This document shows, piece by piece, positions 40,523 through 51,697 of a stretch of DNA of 64,000 nucleotides. The translations under genes and the position numbers were made by a program. The stretch is from assembly GCA_045803545.1 (NCBI GenBank), contig JBJMOW010000004.1:128001-192000 (forward strand), given 5' to 3'. Positions within the stretch are counted from its first letter, which is position 1; each line of letters starts with the position of its first letter. The DNA comes from Gemmatimonadaceae bacterium (GTDB lineage: Bacteria; Gemmatimonadota; Gemmatimonadetes; Gemmatimonadales; Gemmatimonadaceae). Below the pieces are notes generated by a model, which saw only the letters and a program-made list of their open reading frames with translations, did no database searches and was not told where the DNA came from.

Positions 40523-40550
40523 TCGGTGAACGGCGTTAAAGTGCAGGTAA

Positions 40551-41186
40551 ATGCCCGATAGCCACCGCCCAACGAAAACATCCGATCGCACGCGCGGTCG
40601 ACTGCTCGCGCTGCTGCGCGAAGGATCGTGGACCGTCGACGACCTGGCCGATCACCTGGCTCTAACCGACAATGCCGTGCGCTTTCATCTCGACGCGCTC
40701 GAGAAGGCCGGCACGGTGGAGAAGAGCGGGATCAGGCGCCTTGGAGTTGGCCAACCGGCAGTGCTTTACTCGCTCAGCACCTCGGGCGACGAAGCATTCT
40801 CGAAGGCATACGCACCGGTGCTAATCGCGACCCTCGCGGAACTGCGAGAACGCATGACCCCGCCGGAGCTGATGCGGCTGCTCAAGCGCATCGGCAAGCG
40901 TCTCGCTCGCGGTGCAGGCTCTGTCAGCGGATCGATGGGAACGCGGGCGAGCCGTGCGTCGCAGCTACTCAACGATTTGGGTGGCGTAACTGTCGTTGAA
41001 AAGAAAACCGACGGTTACACCATTATTGGTCGGGCTTGTCCGTTGGCGCGCGCAGTAGAAGAGGATCACTGTGTTTGCGCAGCCGTGACTTCGCTCGTTG
41101 CCGATGTCGTCGGAGCAGAAGTAGTGGAGCGTTGCGATCGCTCGGGCCGTCCCAAGTGCCGGTTTGATATCACGACCGGCACATAG
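40551..41186 (+). CDS. ArsR/SufR-like wHTH regulator with a Cys-rich C-terminal domain
   Basis: HTH (LTDNAVRFHLDAL...GQPAVLYSL); RACPL, HCVC and ERC...KCRF. Confidence 0.88.
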   Translation: MPDSHRPTKTSDRTRGRLLALLREGSWTVDDLADHLALTDNAVRFHLDALEKAGTVEKSGIRRLGVGQPAVLYSLSTSGDEAFSKAYAPVLIATLAELRERMTPPELMRLLKRIGKRLARGAGSVSGSMGTRASRASQLLNDLGGVTVVEKKTDGYTIIGRACPLARAVEEDHCVCAAVTSLVADVVGAEVVERCDRSGRPKCRFDITTGT

Positions 41187-41215
41187 ACCCGAGCAATCGC
41201 TCGCGGTTAATCGCC

Positions 41216-41608
41216 CTACTGGACCGTTATGCTGCCGGCCATCGCGGCGCCGTGCACCGCGCAGTGATAGTTGTAGGTGCCGGCTGCGCTGAACGTACGC
41301 GAATAGCTTCCCTGATCCTGCGTCGGCGAGCTCAAGCCATCATCGAACGTCACACTATGTGACACGCAGGTCTGACCCGCGTAGACGTCTCCGGTGCAGG
41401 TGTTCCACGCCCACTGCACAGTGGAACCCACAGCGATCGATTTGTTCGCTGGACTGAAGCTGTTGTTGCTGACCGTGATTCCGTTCGCCGGTGGCGGAGT
41501 ATTGCCACCACCGCCCGGGGGCGGGCTAGTGACCGACGAACCACCGCCTCCCCCGCCACCACACGCGGCAAGACCCACAACCGCCAGCGCGACTAGAACT
41601 GCTCTCAT
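41216..41608 (-). CDS. Cupredoxin (plastocyanin/amicyanin-like) lipoprotein
   Basis: Lipobox LAAC and Gly/Pro tether; type-1 Cu ligands HSV...YHCAVHGAAM. Confidence 0.9.
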   Translation of the reverse strand: MRAVLVALAVVGLAACGGGGGGGSSVTSPPPGGGGNTPPPANGITVSNNSFSPANKSIAVGSTVQWAWNTCTGDVYAGQTCVSHSVTFDDGLSSPTQDQGSYSRTFSAAGTYNYHCAVHGAAMAGSITVQ

Positions 41609-41752
41609 GTGTAACGTCTCCTTTTTGCAGCGATACTCAGGAGACGCTAGTAACCGGCTTTCGCGGCTACAAGCGCGTAAGCGCTATACAGCGGTGGATG
41701 ACTGCTATTCCACGGCGAGTGGCAAGGCCAGACTCACCGAGTCAGCAGAGTG

Positions 41753-42223
41753 TCAGGCAGCGTCGTGGATTGTTTTCAGCTCGACAATCTTCAAGCGCCG
41801 CGTCACAGCGGGCAACTTGAGCACGACGGTTTCACCCACACTGCGACCGACCAGTGTGCGACCGATCGGCGATGACATGCTGACGTGTCCTTCCTCGAAT
41901 TCGACTGAGTCTCCGAAAACGAGGTTGTACTTCTCGCGCTCACCGGTCTTCTCGTCCTGCACTACGACATGGGAGCCGAGCCCGACTTTGTCCGACGGAA
42001 TCTGGGACACGTCGATCTGCGACAGCTTACTCAGACGCTGACGCAGTTGACCGAGCCGAGCCTGCACGAATTGCTGGCGCTCGAGGGCTGCCTTGTATTC
42101 GCTGTTCTCGCGCAGATCGCCAAGCTCCACCGCTTTTCTGATTTCCTGCGGCAGGACGACGTTCAGCTCGTGCTGAAGTCGCTCCGCTTCCTCTCCCAGT
42201 TTTTGCTTCAGCTCGTCGATCAT
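41753..42223 (-). CDS. greA: Transcription elongation factor GreA/GreB
   Basis: GDLRENSEY acidic tip; SPIGRTLVG; start at ATG 42223. Confidence 0.9.
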   Translation of the reverse strand: MIDELKQKLGEEAERLQHELNVVLPQEIRKAVELGDLRENSEYKAALERQQFVQARLGQLRQRLSKLSQIDVSQIPSDKVGLGSHVVVQDEKTGEREKYNLVFGDSVEFEEGHVSMSSPIGRTLVGRSVGETVVLKLPAVTRRLKIVELKTIHDAA

Positions 42224-42335
42224 CGCAGCCCGATTCCTGCCGGCGGTGGCACTCAAAAAACAAGCGCCCGACCCCAGATAGGCCGGGCGCACCTCTGCAA
42301 GCTAGAGGGTCGCGACTGGCGGTCAAGATGTAGCG

Positions 42336-43644
<1,309 letters not shown>

Positions 43645-43661
<17 letters not shown>

Positions 43662-44649
43662 CGCTTCTGCGCTCGGCGCGCTGCTCGTACTGATCGCCGC
43701 CGGTCATCCCTATCGACTTGTAAGCCGAAATGATCGCCTGAGCGGCCTCGGCAGGGTCGTCAGTGACTAGCATCAGGTCGAGATCGCCGTCGGAGATCTT
43801 GCCTTCGCTCAGGACGCGAGCGTGTAGCCAACGCAGCAGTCCTGCCCAGTAGTAGCGACCGAACAGAATCACCGGGAAACGATAGATCTTGCCGGTTTGA
43901 ATGAGTGTCAGCGCCTCGAACAGTTCGTCGAGAGTGCCGAATCCGCCGGGGAAAATGACGAACGCCACCGAGTACTTGATGAACATCGTCTTGCGGACGA
44001 AGAAGTACTTGAAGTTGATGAGCGTATCGACGTACGGATTCGCGCCCTGCTCAAACGGCAACTCGATATTGCAGCCGATCGAACTGCCACCACCGAGCTG
44101 AGCACCTTTGTTGCCCGCTTCCATGATTCCCGGGCCGGCGCCGGTGATGATCGCGAAACCCGCTTCAGCGAGCAGTCGCGCGGTTTCCACGGCCGCATCG
44201 TAGTGCGGATCATCCGGGCCGATTCTCGCTGATCCGAAGATCGTCACCGCCTTGTCTACCGATGCGAGCGTGTCGAATCCTTCGATCACTTCGCCCATGA
44301 TGCGCATCACCCGCCACGGGTCGGTGCGCGTGAAATCAATGCGCGGCCCTGGCTGCTGCAGCAGTTTCTGATCTTCAGTGACCGCCATCGGCGCCTCGCG
44401 AATGGAGTCGTCGACGGTGCGAGTGGCGCCCGATCTGCGACCATCCTGCTGGGATGGAGGAGTGCGACCGGCTTTGAGATGGCCTTCTTCGGTGCGCTCC
44501 TTGAATCCCTGCAGTGCTTTTCGCTCGGCGGAGCGCATCACTTCGGGAGTGAGCTTCTTTCCGCCGGCGGTCCGCGCTTTCGTCGATCGCGAGGCAGCGG
44601 GTCTGGCCGGGGCATCGCTTTGGCTTTGCTTATCTTTGCTCGTCTTCAT
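43645..44649 (-). CDS. LOG family (TIGR00730-type) nucleotide monophosphate phosphoribohydrolase
   Basis: [20 protein letters not shown] and [12 protein letters not shown]; long basic N-terminal extension. Confidence 0.92.
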
Positions 44650-44697
44650 TTCTCGCCGCTCAAGCGGGCGTCAGCTCTTTCGATTGGAAAGGTAAAG

Positions 44698-46134
44698 TTG
44701 CGTGCGACTGCACAAAGCCCGCCAGCCAACGGCGCGCAGGTAGTTGTCATCATAGCGGATGGGGTGCGACCAGACGTTCTGACCGCTGCCATCGATCGCG
44801 GCGATTTGCCCGCGCTCGCTGCGCTACGCAACGAAGGTAGTCTGTCGACGATCACCTCGGCATTCCCTTCCGTCACAGGTCCTGCGTACGCTCCGTTTCT
44901 AATGGGAAGATACCCGGGCGACATCGGCTTGCCGGGACTCCGTTGGTTCGACCGCACACGCCGCATCGGCCGACTCTCGGGATTTGCGCGCAGCTATGTC
45001 GGCATCGACATGCGATTCGTGGATCGCGACATCGATGCGGCGTCACCGACGATCTTCGAGCTGGCGAAGCCGAGCTTCGGCGCGCTCAGCGTGATCACGC
45101 GCGGCCTGCGTAGACGGGACCGCGTCGGCCAGAGTCCTCGTTTCATCGCGCGCGCGGCGACGACTCACTTTCGCGGCAACGTGCGCGGCTGGTTGGCAAT
45201 CGACCGCGCTGTTGGAGAAAGAGCTGCGCATCGGCTGCGGACCGAGCGCACGCGATACGCGTTCGTTGCGCTGACCGGCGTCGACAAGACGTCGCACGCC
45301 CGGGGGCATGACGATTCGATTGTCGCTAGCGCGCTCTCGATCGTCAATGACACTGTCGCGGAGATCCGCCACGACGCAGAACGCGAAGGCAGGTGGGAGA
45401 AAATGCACCTCTGGGTTGCCAGCGATCACGGACACTCGCCGGTGCGACAGCATGAGGATCTTGCTGGATTGATCGATGAGTGGGGCTATCAGACGCTCGC
45501 GCATCCCTGGGCGTTCAACCCCACTGCGGACGTTGCGGTGATGGTAAGCGGTAACGCGATGACGCACCTCTATGTCGACCTCGAGCGTACCACTCGGGCA
45601 TGGTGGCCCGCGATCCGCGATCGGTGGCAGCCACTCGTCGATCGATTGCTGGCGCTGCCATCCGTAGACCTGGCGATCTTGCCTACCGCGCCGAATTCGT
45701 GCGAGGTCCACGCCCGGGGGCGTGGCCAGGCGATTCTGACCTGGCAGGAATTGCGTTACACCTACACGCCGGTAACGGGCGATCCGTTGTCCGTCGGAGT
45801 GCGCGAGTCGATCGACGAGGGCAGTGCCTATGATCTGACTCGAAACACCGATTATCCGGACTCGATTGTCCAGATCGCGCACCTCGCAACGGCGTCACGC
45901 AGTGGTGATGTCATTCTTTCAGCGGCGCGAGACTGGGACTTTCGCGCGCGGTACGAACCCATTCCGCACGTTTCGTCTCATGGAGCGTTGCACCGCGATC
46001 ATATGCTGGTGCCGCTGCTGATCAACCGGAAACCGAAACAGCAGCCGCGTCGGACCGTTGACACAATGCCGAGCGCGTTAGCAGCGCTCGGCATTGCAGT
46101 TCCAGCCAACCTGGACGGAGTGTCGTTTTTCTAG
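44698..46134 (+). CDS. Alkaline phosphatase superfamily / nucleotide pyrophosphatase-phosphodiesterase
   Basis: IADG, FPSVT (Thr nucleophile), DKTSH, SDHG and SHG; start uncertain. Confidence 0.88.
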   Translation: MRATAQSPPANGAQVVVIIADGVRPDVLTAAIDRGDLPALAALRNEGSLSTITSAFPSVTGPAYAPFLMGRYPGDIGLPGLRWFDRTRRIGRLSGFARSYVGIDMRFVDRDIDAASPTIFELAKPSFGALSVITRGLRRRDRVGQSPRFIARAATTHFRGNVRGWLAIDRAVGERAAHRLRTERTRYAFVALTGVDKTSHARGHDDSIVASALSIVNDTVAEIRHDAEREGRWEKMHLWVASDHGHSPVRQHEDLAGLIDEWGYQTLAHPWAFNPTADVAVMVSGNAMTHLYVDLERTTRAWWPAIRDRWQPLVDRLLALPSVDLAILPTAPNSCEVHARGRGQAILTWQELRYTYTPVTGDPLSVGVRESIDEGSAYDLTRNTDYPDSIVQIAHLATASRSGDVILSAARDWDFRARYEPIPHVSSHGALHRDHMLVPLLINRKPKQQPRRTVDTMPSALAALGIAVPANLDGVSFF

Positions 46135-46137
46135 CGA

Positions 46138-46551
46138 CTACTGAACGGTGAGCGAACCCGTCATGCCGGGGTGAATCGTACACTGGAAACCGTAAGTGCC
46201 GGCGGTGTTGAATTTTCTGGTGTGCGTACCGGTACTGAACTGATCTATGTTGCCGATGCCGTCTCCCTGTTGGGCAGCCGTCCTGCCTGTGGCATCGTTC
46301 CACGTGACGTTGTGAAGCGTGCCAGTGTCGTTCTGCCAAATCACGGTGGTCCCTACCGCCACAGTCAGGGTAGCGGGCGAGAATTTGTTCGCGATCGTCA
46401 TGCAGAATGTGTTGGCGGGACAGGTTCCTCCTCCGCCTCCGCCTCCGCCGCCACCACCGCCACCACCCGTGCCCGTTGAATCACTGCCACCACAACTTGC
46501 GGTCACCAGCGCAAGAACCAACGCACTCGACAGACCAAAGATTTTCCTCAT
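46138..46551 (-). CDS. Cupredoxin lipoprotein (second paralog)
   Basis: Lipobox TASC and poly-Gly tether; HNV...FQCTIHPGM; GAGGAGG SD. Confidence 0.9.
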   Translation of the reverse strand: MRKIFGLSSALVLALVTASCGGSDSTGTGGGGGGGGGGGGGGTCPANTFCMTIANKFSPATLTVAVGTTVIWQNDTGTLHNVTWNDATGRTAAQQGDGIGNIDQFSTGTHTRKFNTAGTYGFQCTIHPGMTGSLTVQ

Positions 46552-46722
46552 CCTACCTCCTCGTCGCTACCACTCAGGTTCGGAGCCGGCCGCAGACGGG
46601 AACTACACGCGGCTCGGGCTCTCTAATAAGAAGGATGGACCGGCGAGGCGCAAAGTAGGGTCGGCAATCGTATGAAGCCGGCGCGTGAGGAGCAGCAGAG
46701 CCGGGGCGAACGGTACCTTTCG

Positions 46723-47346
46723 CTAGTCTTTCATTGAACAAGTGTATAACCGCCAATCCGACTCGGGGGCTGCAACCGCGGCGATGTAGCCAGGTCTCGG
46801 TGCAAACAATCGGTGAGTCAGCGTTGGCGAATTGTTGGCGTTCCCTGACCAGACTCCCTTTCCTTCAGCCTTGAGACGGGCTTCGCGCACGACCCAGGAG
46901 CGCAGGAATTCGGCGTTTCGTTTGTCCTCAGGCGTCTCGGCCAGCGTGCGCAACTCGGCATCGGACATGAAGCGCTGAGCCACATCGAGTAATCGACGAA
47001 CGGGACGCTCATTCTCGACATCGATGCCGACTGGCCGATCGGGAGAGAAAGCGAACACGCCAAGATCCGCCGAGTGCGAGATGTTGAATTGGAGGTCGTC
47101 ACGGTCGGCGAGAGCAGGCTTGCCTGACGGGCCGTACGTGAAGCGAAGTTTCCTCGCATCGGTGCCAGTGAAACCGGAGAGCAGGTTGCGGAGAATCCCA
47201 CGCGCGACCACGTAACGTCGCGCGGCAACCGGGTGCAGCGACGTCGAATGCTCGACCTCCTCGCGTGGCATCCGGGAGGCGAGCTCGGAGTAGCGTTCCT
47301 CGTTGACAACGAGCGAAGCCACCCAGACCTGGACTTCGTCCGTCAT
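46723..47346 (-). CDS. Sfp-type 4'-phosphopantetheinyl transferase
   Basis: GKP, FNISHS, GIDVE and WVVREARLKAEG. Confidence 0.9.
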   Translation of the reverse strand: MTDEVQVWVASLVVNEERYSELASRMPREEVEHSTSLHPVAARRYVVARGILRNLLSGFTGTDARKLRFTYGPSGKPALADRDDLQFNISHSADLGVFAFSPDRPVGIDVENERPVRRLLDVAQRFMSDAELRTLAETPEDKRNAEFLRSWVVREARLKAEGKGVWSGNANNSPTLTHRLFAPRPGYIAAVAAPESDWRLYTCSMKD

Positions 47347-47350
47347 CAAC

Positions 47351-47830
47351 TCAAGCGATGTCAATGATGCTGACCTCAGATTTGCCACTTGCGATTTTGA
47401 GAATGCCGACACTGGCGGACAGGTTGAAGCGCCGCGGTCCAGCGGCTCCCGGGTTCACAAATAGCTGATCGCCTATTCGCGTCACAAGCTGACGATGCGA
47501 ATGACCGTAGATCACAACGTCATTATCGTATCGCGCCGCGAGACGTTCTGGCGTCGGGCTGCCGACCTCATTGCCATGACTGACGTGAATTCGCACTCCA
47601 TCAATCTCCATTTCAATGCTGTCGCTCAATTCCGGCATTGCCGGTGGATCAGTATTGCCGAACACGGCTCGCACTGGAGCGATGAGCTTCAACTCCTCGA
47701 GGATTTCTGCACCGCCAACATCACCAGCGTGTAGAATGAGCTCCACTCCCTTGAGGGCTTCGTGCACTGCTGGGCGAACAAGGCCGTGCGTGTCGGAAAT
47801 GAGTCCGATGAGGCGGGGAGTGGTCGGCAT
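47351..47830 (-). CDS. YfcE-like metallophosphoesterase
   Basis: SDTH, HAGD, GNTD, GHSH and NPG. Confidence 0.93.
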   Translation of the reverse strand: MPTTPRLIGLISDTHGLVRPAVHEALKGVELILHAGDVGGAEILEELKLIAPVRAVFGNTDPPAMPELSDSIEMEIDGVRIHVSHGNEVGSPTPERLAARYDNDVVIYGHSHRQLVTRIGDQLFVNPGAAGPRRFNLSASVGILKIASGKSEVSIIDIA

Positions 47831-47856
47831 CGCTCCTTCTATATATTAGGAGACGA

Positions 47857-48105
47857 ATGCCGTGGCTACGACTCGCATTGCGATTGACAGCTCGTTCGAT
47901 CCGCCATCCGCGACTCGCGGCTGATCTCATTCGGATCGCCTGGCGCTTCCGATCGAGGACCTGGTACCGCCACTTCCCGTTTGTTCCCGTTCCCGACTCC
48001 ACTTATTTACGCTGGCGCATGTATACCGCTTATGGTGACTACACCGCGGTGCCCTCGGTCACTGACGTTGAGCGTTATGCGCATTGGGCGGTGAACAACG
48101 AATGA
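47857..48105 (+). CDS. Small conserved hypothetical protein
   Basis: AGGAG SD; PFVPVP...YLRWRMYTAYG motif; ATGA overlap with queG. Confidence 0.75.
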   Translation: MPWLRLALRLTARSIRHPRLAADLIRIAWRFRSRTWYRHFPFVPVPDSTYLRWRMYTAYGDYTAVPSVTDVERYAHWAVNNE

Positions 48106-49163
48106 TTGCTGCGGTCGCCGAGATGACTTCAGTGGAAAACCTGATCAAGGCGCAGGCGTACGGACTGGGCTTCGACCTCGTCGGCATCACGCCGCTTGGC
48201 CCGATGGAAACCGCCGAGAACTTCGACGCATGGATCGACAAGGGCTACGCTGGAGAAATGGAGTATTTGGCTCGCGGCGCTGACAAACGCCGCGATTCGC
48301 GTTTGGCTTTCCGCGGAGCGATCAGCGCAATCGTCGTCGGCTTGAACTACGGAGGCCGCGAAAAAACGGGCCCCGTCGCGCGATACGCACGGGGTGACGA
48401 CTACCATGACGTGATGATGGATCGACTCGCCCAGCTGCATCGCTGGCTCGAGGCGGAGACCGGCCGACCGATCCGAGGCAAACCTTACGTCGACACGGGG
48501 CCAGTTCTCGAGCGTGATCTCGCGCGGCGCGCCGGACTCGGCTGGTTTGGCAAAAACACCAACCTCGTCAACCCCGGCCTCGGTTCGTTCTTTTTCATCG
48601 GCGCACTCGTCGTCGATGTAAACCTCGTGGCCGACAGTCCATTCGAGGCGGATCGGTGCGGTCGCTGCACGCGCTGTCTCGATGCTTGCCCCACCGGTGC
48701 GTTCGTAGATGAGCGGGTGCTCGATGCGACTAAATGCATTTCGTATGTAACCATCGAGGCGAAGGGCGAGATTCCCGTCGGCTTGCGCGAAAAGCTCGGC
48801 GGCCTCGTCTACGGTTGCGACATTTGTCAGGACGTCTGTCCGTGGAACACGCGATTCTCGCAGGAGCTGAGAGAAGATTCATTCAAATCGCGTGAATCAC
48901 TCGGAGCCAGGGATGCGCGCACGTTGGCAATCGACATTCTGCACCTGGACGACGAATCCTTCCGTTCATCGTTCCGCGGTTCCCCAATGAAGCGCGCCAA
49001 ACTCCGCGGGCTAAAGAGAAACGCGGCTGTCGCCCTCGGTAACACTGGCACTGGAGCGGATATCGCGACGCTCGCCGCCGTCGCGGATGACAAGGATCCG
49101 ATGGTCGCCGAGCACGCGCGTTGGGCGATTGCGCGCATCGCCGAGCGAGACAGCGCAAACTGA
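48102..49163 (+). CDS. queG: tRNA epoxyqueuosine reductase
   Basis: YARGDDYH, DTGPVLER and GWFGKN; Cys clusters CGRCTRCLDACP and GCDICQDVCPWN. Confidence 0.95.
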   Translation: MIAAVAEMTSVENLIKAQAYGLGFDLVGITPLGPMETAENFDAWIDKGYAGEMEYLARGADKRRDSRLAFRGAISAIVVGLNYGGREKTGPVARYARGDDYHDVMMDRLAQLHRWLEAETGRPIRGKPYVDTGPVLERDLARRAGLGWFGKNTNLVNPGLGSFFFIGALVVDVNLVADSPFEADRCGRCTRCLDACPTGAFVDERVLDATKCISYVTIEAKGEIPVGLREKLGGLVYGCDICQDVCPWNTRFSQELREDSFKSRESLGARDARTLAIDILHLDDESFRSSFRGSPMKRAKLRGLKRNAAVALGNTGTGADIATLAAVADDKDPMVAEHARWAIARIAERDSAN

Positions 49164-49227
49164 CATTTAGCTTACAAGAGCGCGCTTGCAACCAGTTCGC
49201 GTTTCCATACGTTCAAGCACTAGTCAC

Positions 49228-49842
49228 ATGAAACACCTTGCATTGCTAATCTCCGCTGCGACTTTGACGAGCGGAAACGTCGTTGCATCCGCGCAAACCC
49301 TTCCGACATTCACCCAGGCCGATGTCCGCTTCATGCAGGGCATGATCGGGCACCACGCTCAGGCATTGGCGATGGTGGCGCTGATTCCTTCACGCACCAA
49401 TCGGCCGGATATCCGCGCGCTCGGTGAACGCATCCGAGTCTCGCAGCAGGACGAGATCTCACTAATGAAACAGTGGCTGCGCGATCGGCATCAGGAAATT
49501 CCATCGACCAACATGTCGCACGGCGACGCGAGCGCGCATTCGATGCAGATGCCTGGCATGTCGATGTCCGACACGCTGATGCCGGGAATGCTTACAGCGC
49601 AGCAGATCACCGAGCTGACGAATGCCAAAGGCGCGGAGTTCGAGGCGCTTTTTCTCAAGGACATGATTCAGCATCATGGAGGCGCACTGACAATGGTTGC
49701 CAGGCTGCTGAACACCACCGGGGCAGGTCAGGAGCCGGAGGTGTTCCGCTTCGCGGCGGAAGTAGACACCGACCAACGCGCTGAAATCGCGCGCATGAGC
49801 GCGCTCCTGAACGCTATGCAGCCGAGCTCAACGACTCGCTAA
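49228..49842 (+). CDS. DUF305 family exported ferritin-like protein (Met/His-rich)
   Basis: Signal peptide; DVRFMQGMIGHH, QQDEI, MPGM, MIQHH and QRAEI. Confidence 0.9.
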   Translation: MKHLALLISAATLTSGNVVASAQTLPTFTQADVRFMQGMIGHHAQALAMVALIPSRTNRPDIRALGERIRVSQQDEISLMKQWLRDRHQEIPSTNMSHGDASAHSMQMPGMSMSDTLMPGMLTAQQITELTNAKGAEFEALFLKDMIQHHGGALTMVARLLNTTGAGQEPEVFRFAAEVDTDQRAEIARMSALLNAMQPSSTTR

Positions 49843-49863
49843 TCGACCCACCCACAAGAGAGA

Positions 49864-51630
49864 ATGCACATGAATGGAGCAAGAATGACTCTGTTGAAAT
49901 CGCTCGCCCTGACGGTGGTGGTCGCGAGCGTCGCTATCGCGCAGGAGACACAGGTAATCGCGACGAGCAATGACCCGCGCATCGGCCTCAAGCCGGGATT
50001 GGAGGATGCGGCCACAGCTGCGCGCAATCTCGAGCTGATCGGTCACGTCGACAGGCTGACAAACTTCGGCGACCCGAAAGATCCTGGAAGTTTTGGATTC
50101 CTCAACGGTGACCTCGGGTTTATCGGCAACTACGTCTTCCAGGGTGGATTCAACGGATTGCAGGTGTGGGACATCTCCAATCCCGCGCGCCCGACGCTTC
50201 GCACCTCGATGGTTTGCCCGGGTGGTCAGGGTGATGTCTCCCTGTACAAGAATCTTCTCTTCATGTCGGTTGAAGAGACGCGTGGTCGGCTCGATTGCGG
50301 GGGTCAGGGCGTGAGCGATACGGTGAGCACCGAACGGTTTCGCGGCATCAGAATCTTTGACATCACCGATCTCGATCATCCGAAACAGATCGCGGACGTT
50401 CAGACTTGCCGCGGCTCACACACTCACACTCTTGTGGTCGATCCCAGGGACGCCAACAACGTCTACATCTACGTCTCGGGCACCGGACCGGTGCGCTCCG
50501 GATCGGAGCTGACCGGTTGCAACGCCGACTCGTCACTCAACGACACGACGACGTCGCTGTTCAGGATCGACGTGATCAAAGTCCCCGTTGCCGCGCCACA
50601 GAATGCGCGGATCGTCAGCTCGCCACGCATTTTTGCCGATTCCGCCAACGCCGTCCTCGGCTTGTGGAAGGGTGGCACGCACGGTCCCGGAACGCAGTCG
50701 ACGTCCCAGACCAACATGTGCCACGACATCACCGTGTACAGCGCGCTCAACCTTGCCGCTGGTGCGTGCTCGGGAAATGGAATCCTCCTCGACATCAGTG
50801 ATCCGGCGAATCCGAAGCGCATCACCGCAGTCATGGACCCGAATTTCGCCTACTGGCATTCGGCGACGTTCAACAACGACGGCACCAAGGTTCTGTTCAG
50901 CGACGAGTGGGGTGGAGGCATGGCGCCGCGCTGCCGCGCGACCGACAGCCCGCGCTGGGGCGCTGACGCGATCTTCACTCGCTCGGGTAACAACCTGAAT
51001 CTCGCCGGCTATTACAAGCTGCCGGTTGCCCAGACGGAGCAGGAAAACTGTGTCGCGCACGATGGCTCGCTCATTCCTGTTCCTGGCCGCGACATCATGG
51101 CGCAGGCATGGTATCAGGGCGGCATTTCCATTTTCGATTTCACCGATGCCGCGCATCCGAAGGAGATCGCTTTCTTCGATCGCGGCCCAATGGATTCGAC
51201 CAAGCTCATATTGGGCGGCGATTGGTCAGCCTACTGGTACAACGGTCATCTCTACGCCTCGGAGATCGATCGTGGGCTCGACGTCCTCGATCTAAAGCCG
51301 AGTGATCAGCTATCGCAGAACGAGATCGATGCGGCGAAGCTGATTCACTACGACCTGTTCAATCCACAGAACCAGCCGAAGTTCGTGTGGCCGGCAAGTT
51401 TCGTCGTCGCGCGCGCCTATCTCGATCAGCTCGTGCGCAACAAGGGCATTGCCGCCAATCGTTCAACGGCGATCGCGCGCGATCTCGATCGCGCCGAGAA
51501 GGCGAAAGGCACGAGTCGAAAGACTGCGCTAACCAGGTTGGCAAGCAGTCTCGATCAGGATGCGAAGACAGCCGCGGATGCAGCCAAGGTGCAGGCTCTC
51601 GCTTCAGCGGTTCGCGATCTGGCTAGGTAG
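49864..51630 (+). CDS. Exported LVIVD-repeat beta-propeller protein
   Basis: Repeated WDISNPARP / FDITDLDHP / LDISDPANP blades; CPGGQGD, GSHTHT, CHD and CVAH. Confidence 0.85.
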   Translation: MHMNGARMTLLKSLALTVVVASVAIAQETQVIATSNDPRIGLKPGLEDAATAARNLELIGHVDRLTNFGDPKDPGSFGFLNGDLGFIGNYVFQGGFNGLQVWDISNPARPTLRTSMVCPGGQGDVSLYKNLLFMSVEETRGRLDCGGQGVSDTVSTERFRGIRIFDITDLDHPKQIADVQTCRGSHTHTLVVDPRDANNVYIYVSGTGPVRSGSELTGCNADSSLNDTTTSLFRIDVIKVPVAAPQNARIVSSPRIFADSANAVLGLWKGGTHGPGTQSTSQTNMCHDITVYSALNLAAGACSGNGILLDISDPANPKRITAVMDPNFAYWHSATFNNDGTKVLFSDEWGGGMAPRCRATDSPRWGADAIFTRSGNNLNLAGYYKLPVAQTEQENCVAHDGSLIPVPGRDIMAQAWYQGGISIFDFTDAAHPKEIAFFDRGPMDSTKLILGGDWSAYWYNGHLYASEIDRGLDVLDLKPSDQLSQNEIDAAKLIHYDLFNPQNQPKFVWPASFVVARAYLDQLVRNKGIAANRSTAIARDLDRAEKAKGTSRKTALTRLASSLDQDAKTAADAAKVQALASAVRDLAR

Positions 51631-51666
51631 TTTCGCTTTGCGGTATCCGCCGCAGCGATATAGAAC

Positions 51667-51695
51667 AGGCCGCCTGCAAATCCAGGCGGCCTTTT
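51667..51695. terminator. Intrinsic terminator between convergent genes
   Basis: AGGCCGCCTG-CAAATC-CAGGCGGCCT-TTT. Confidence 0.8.
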
Positions 51696-51697
51696 CT

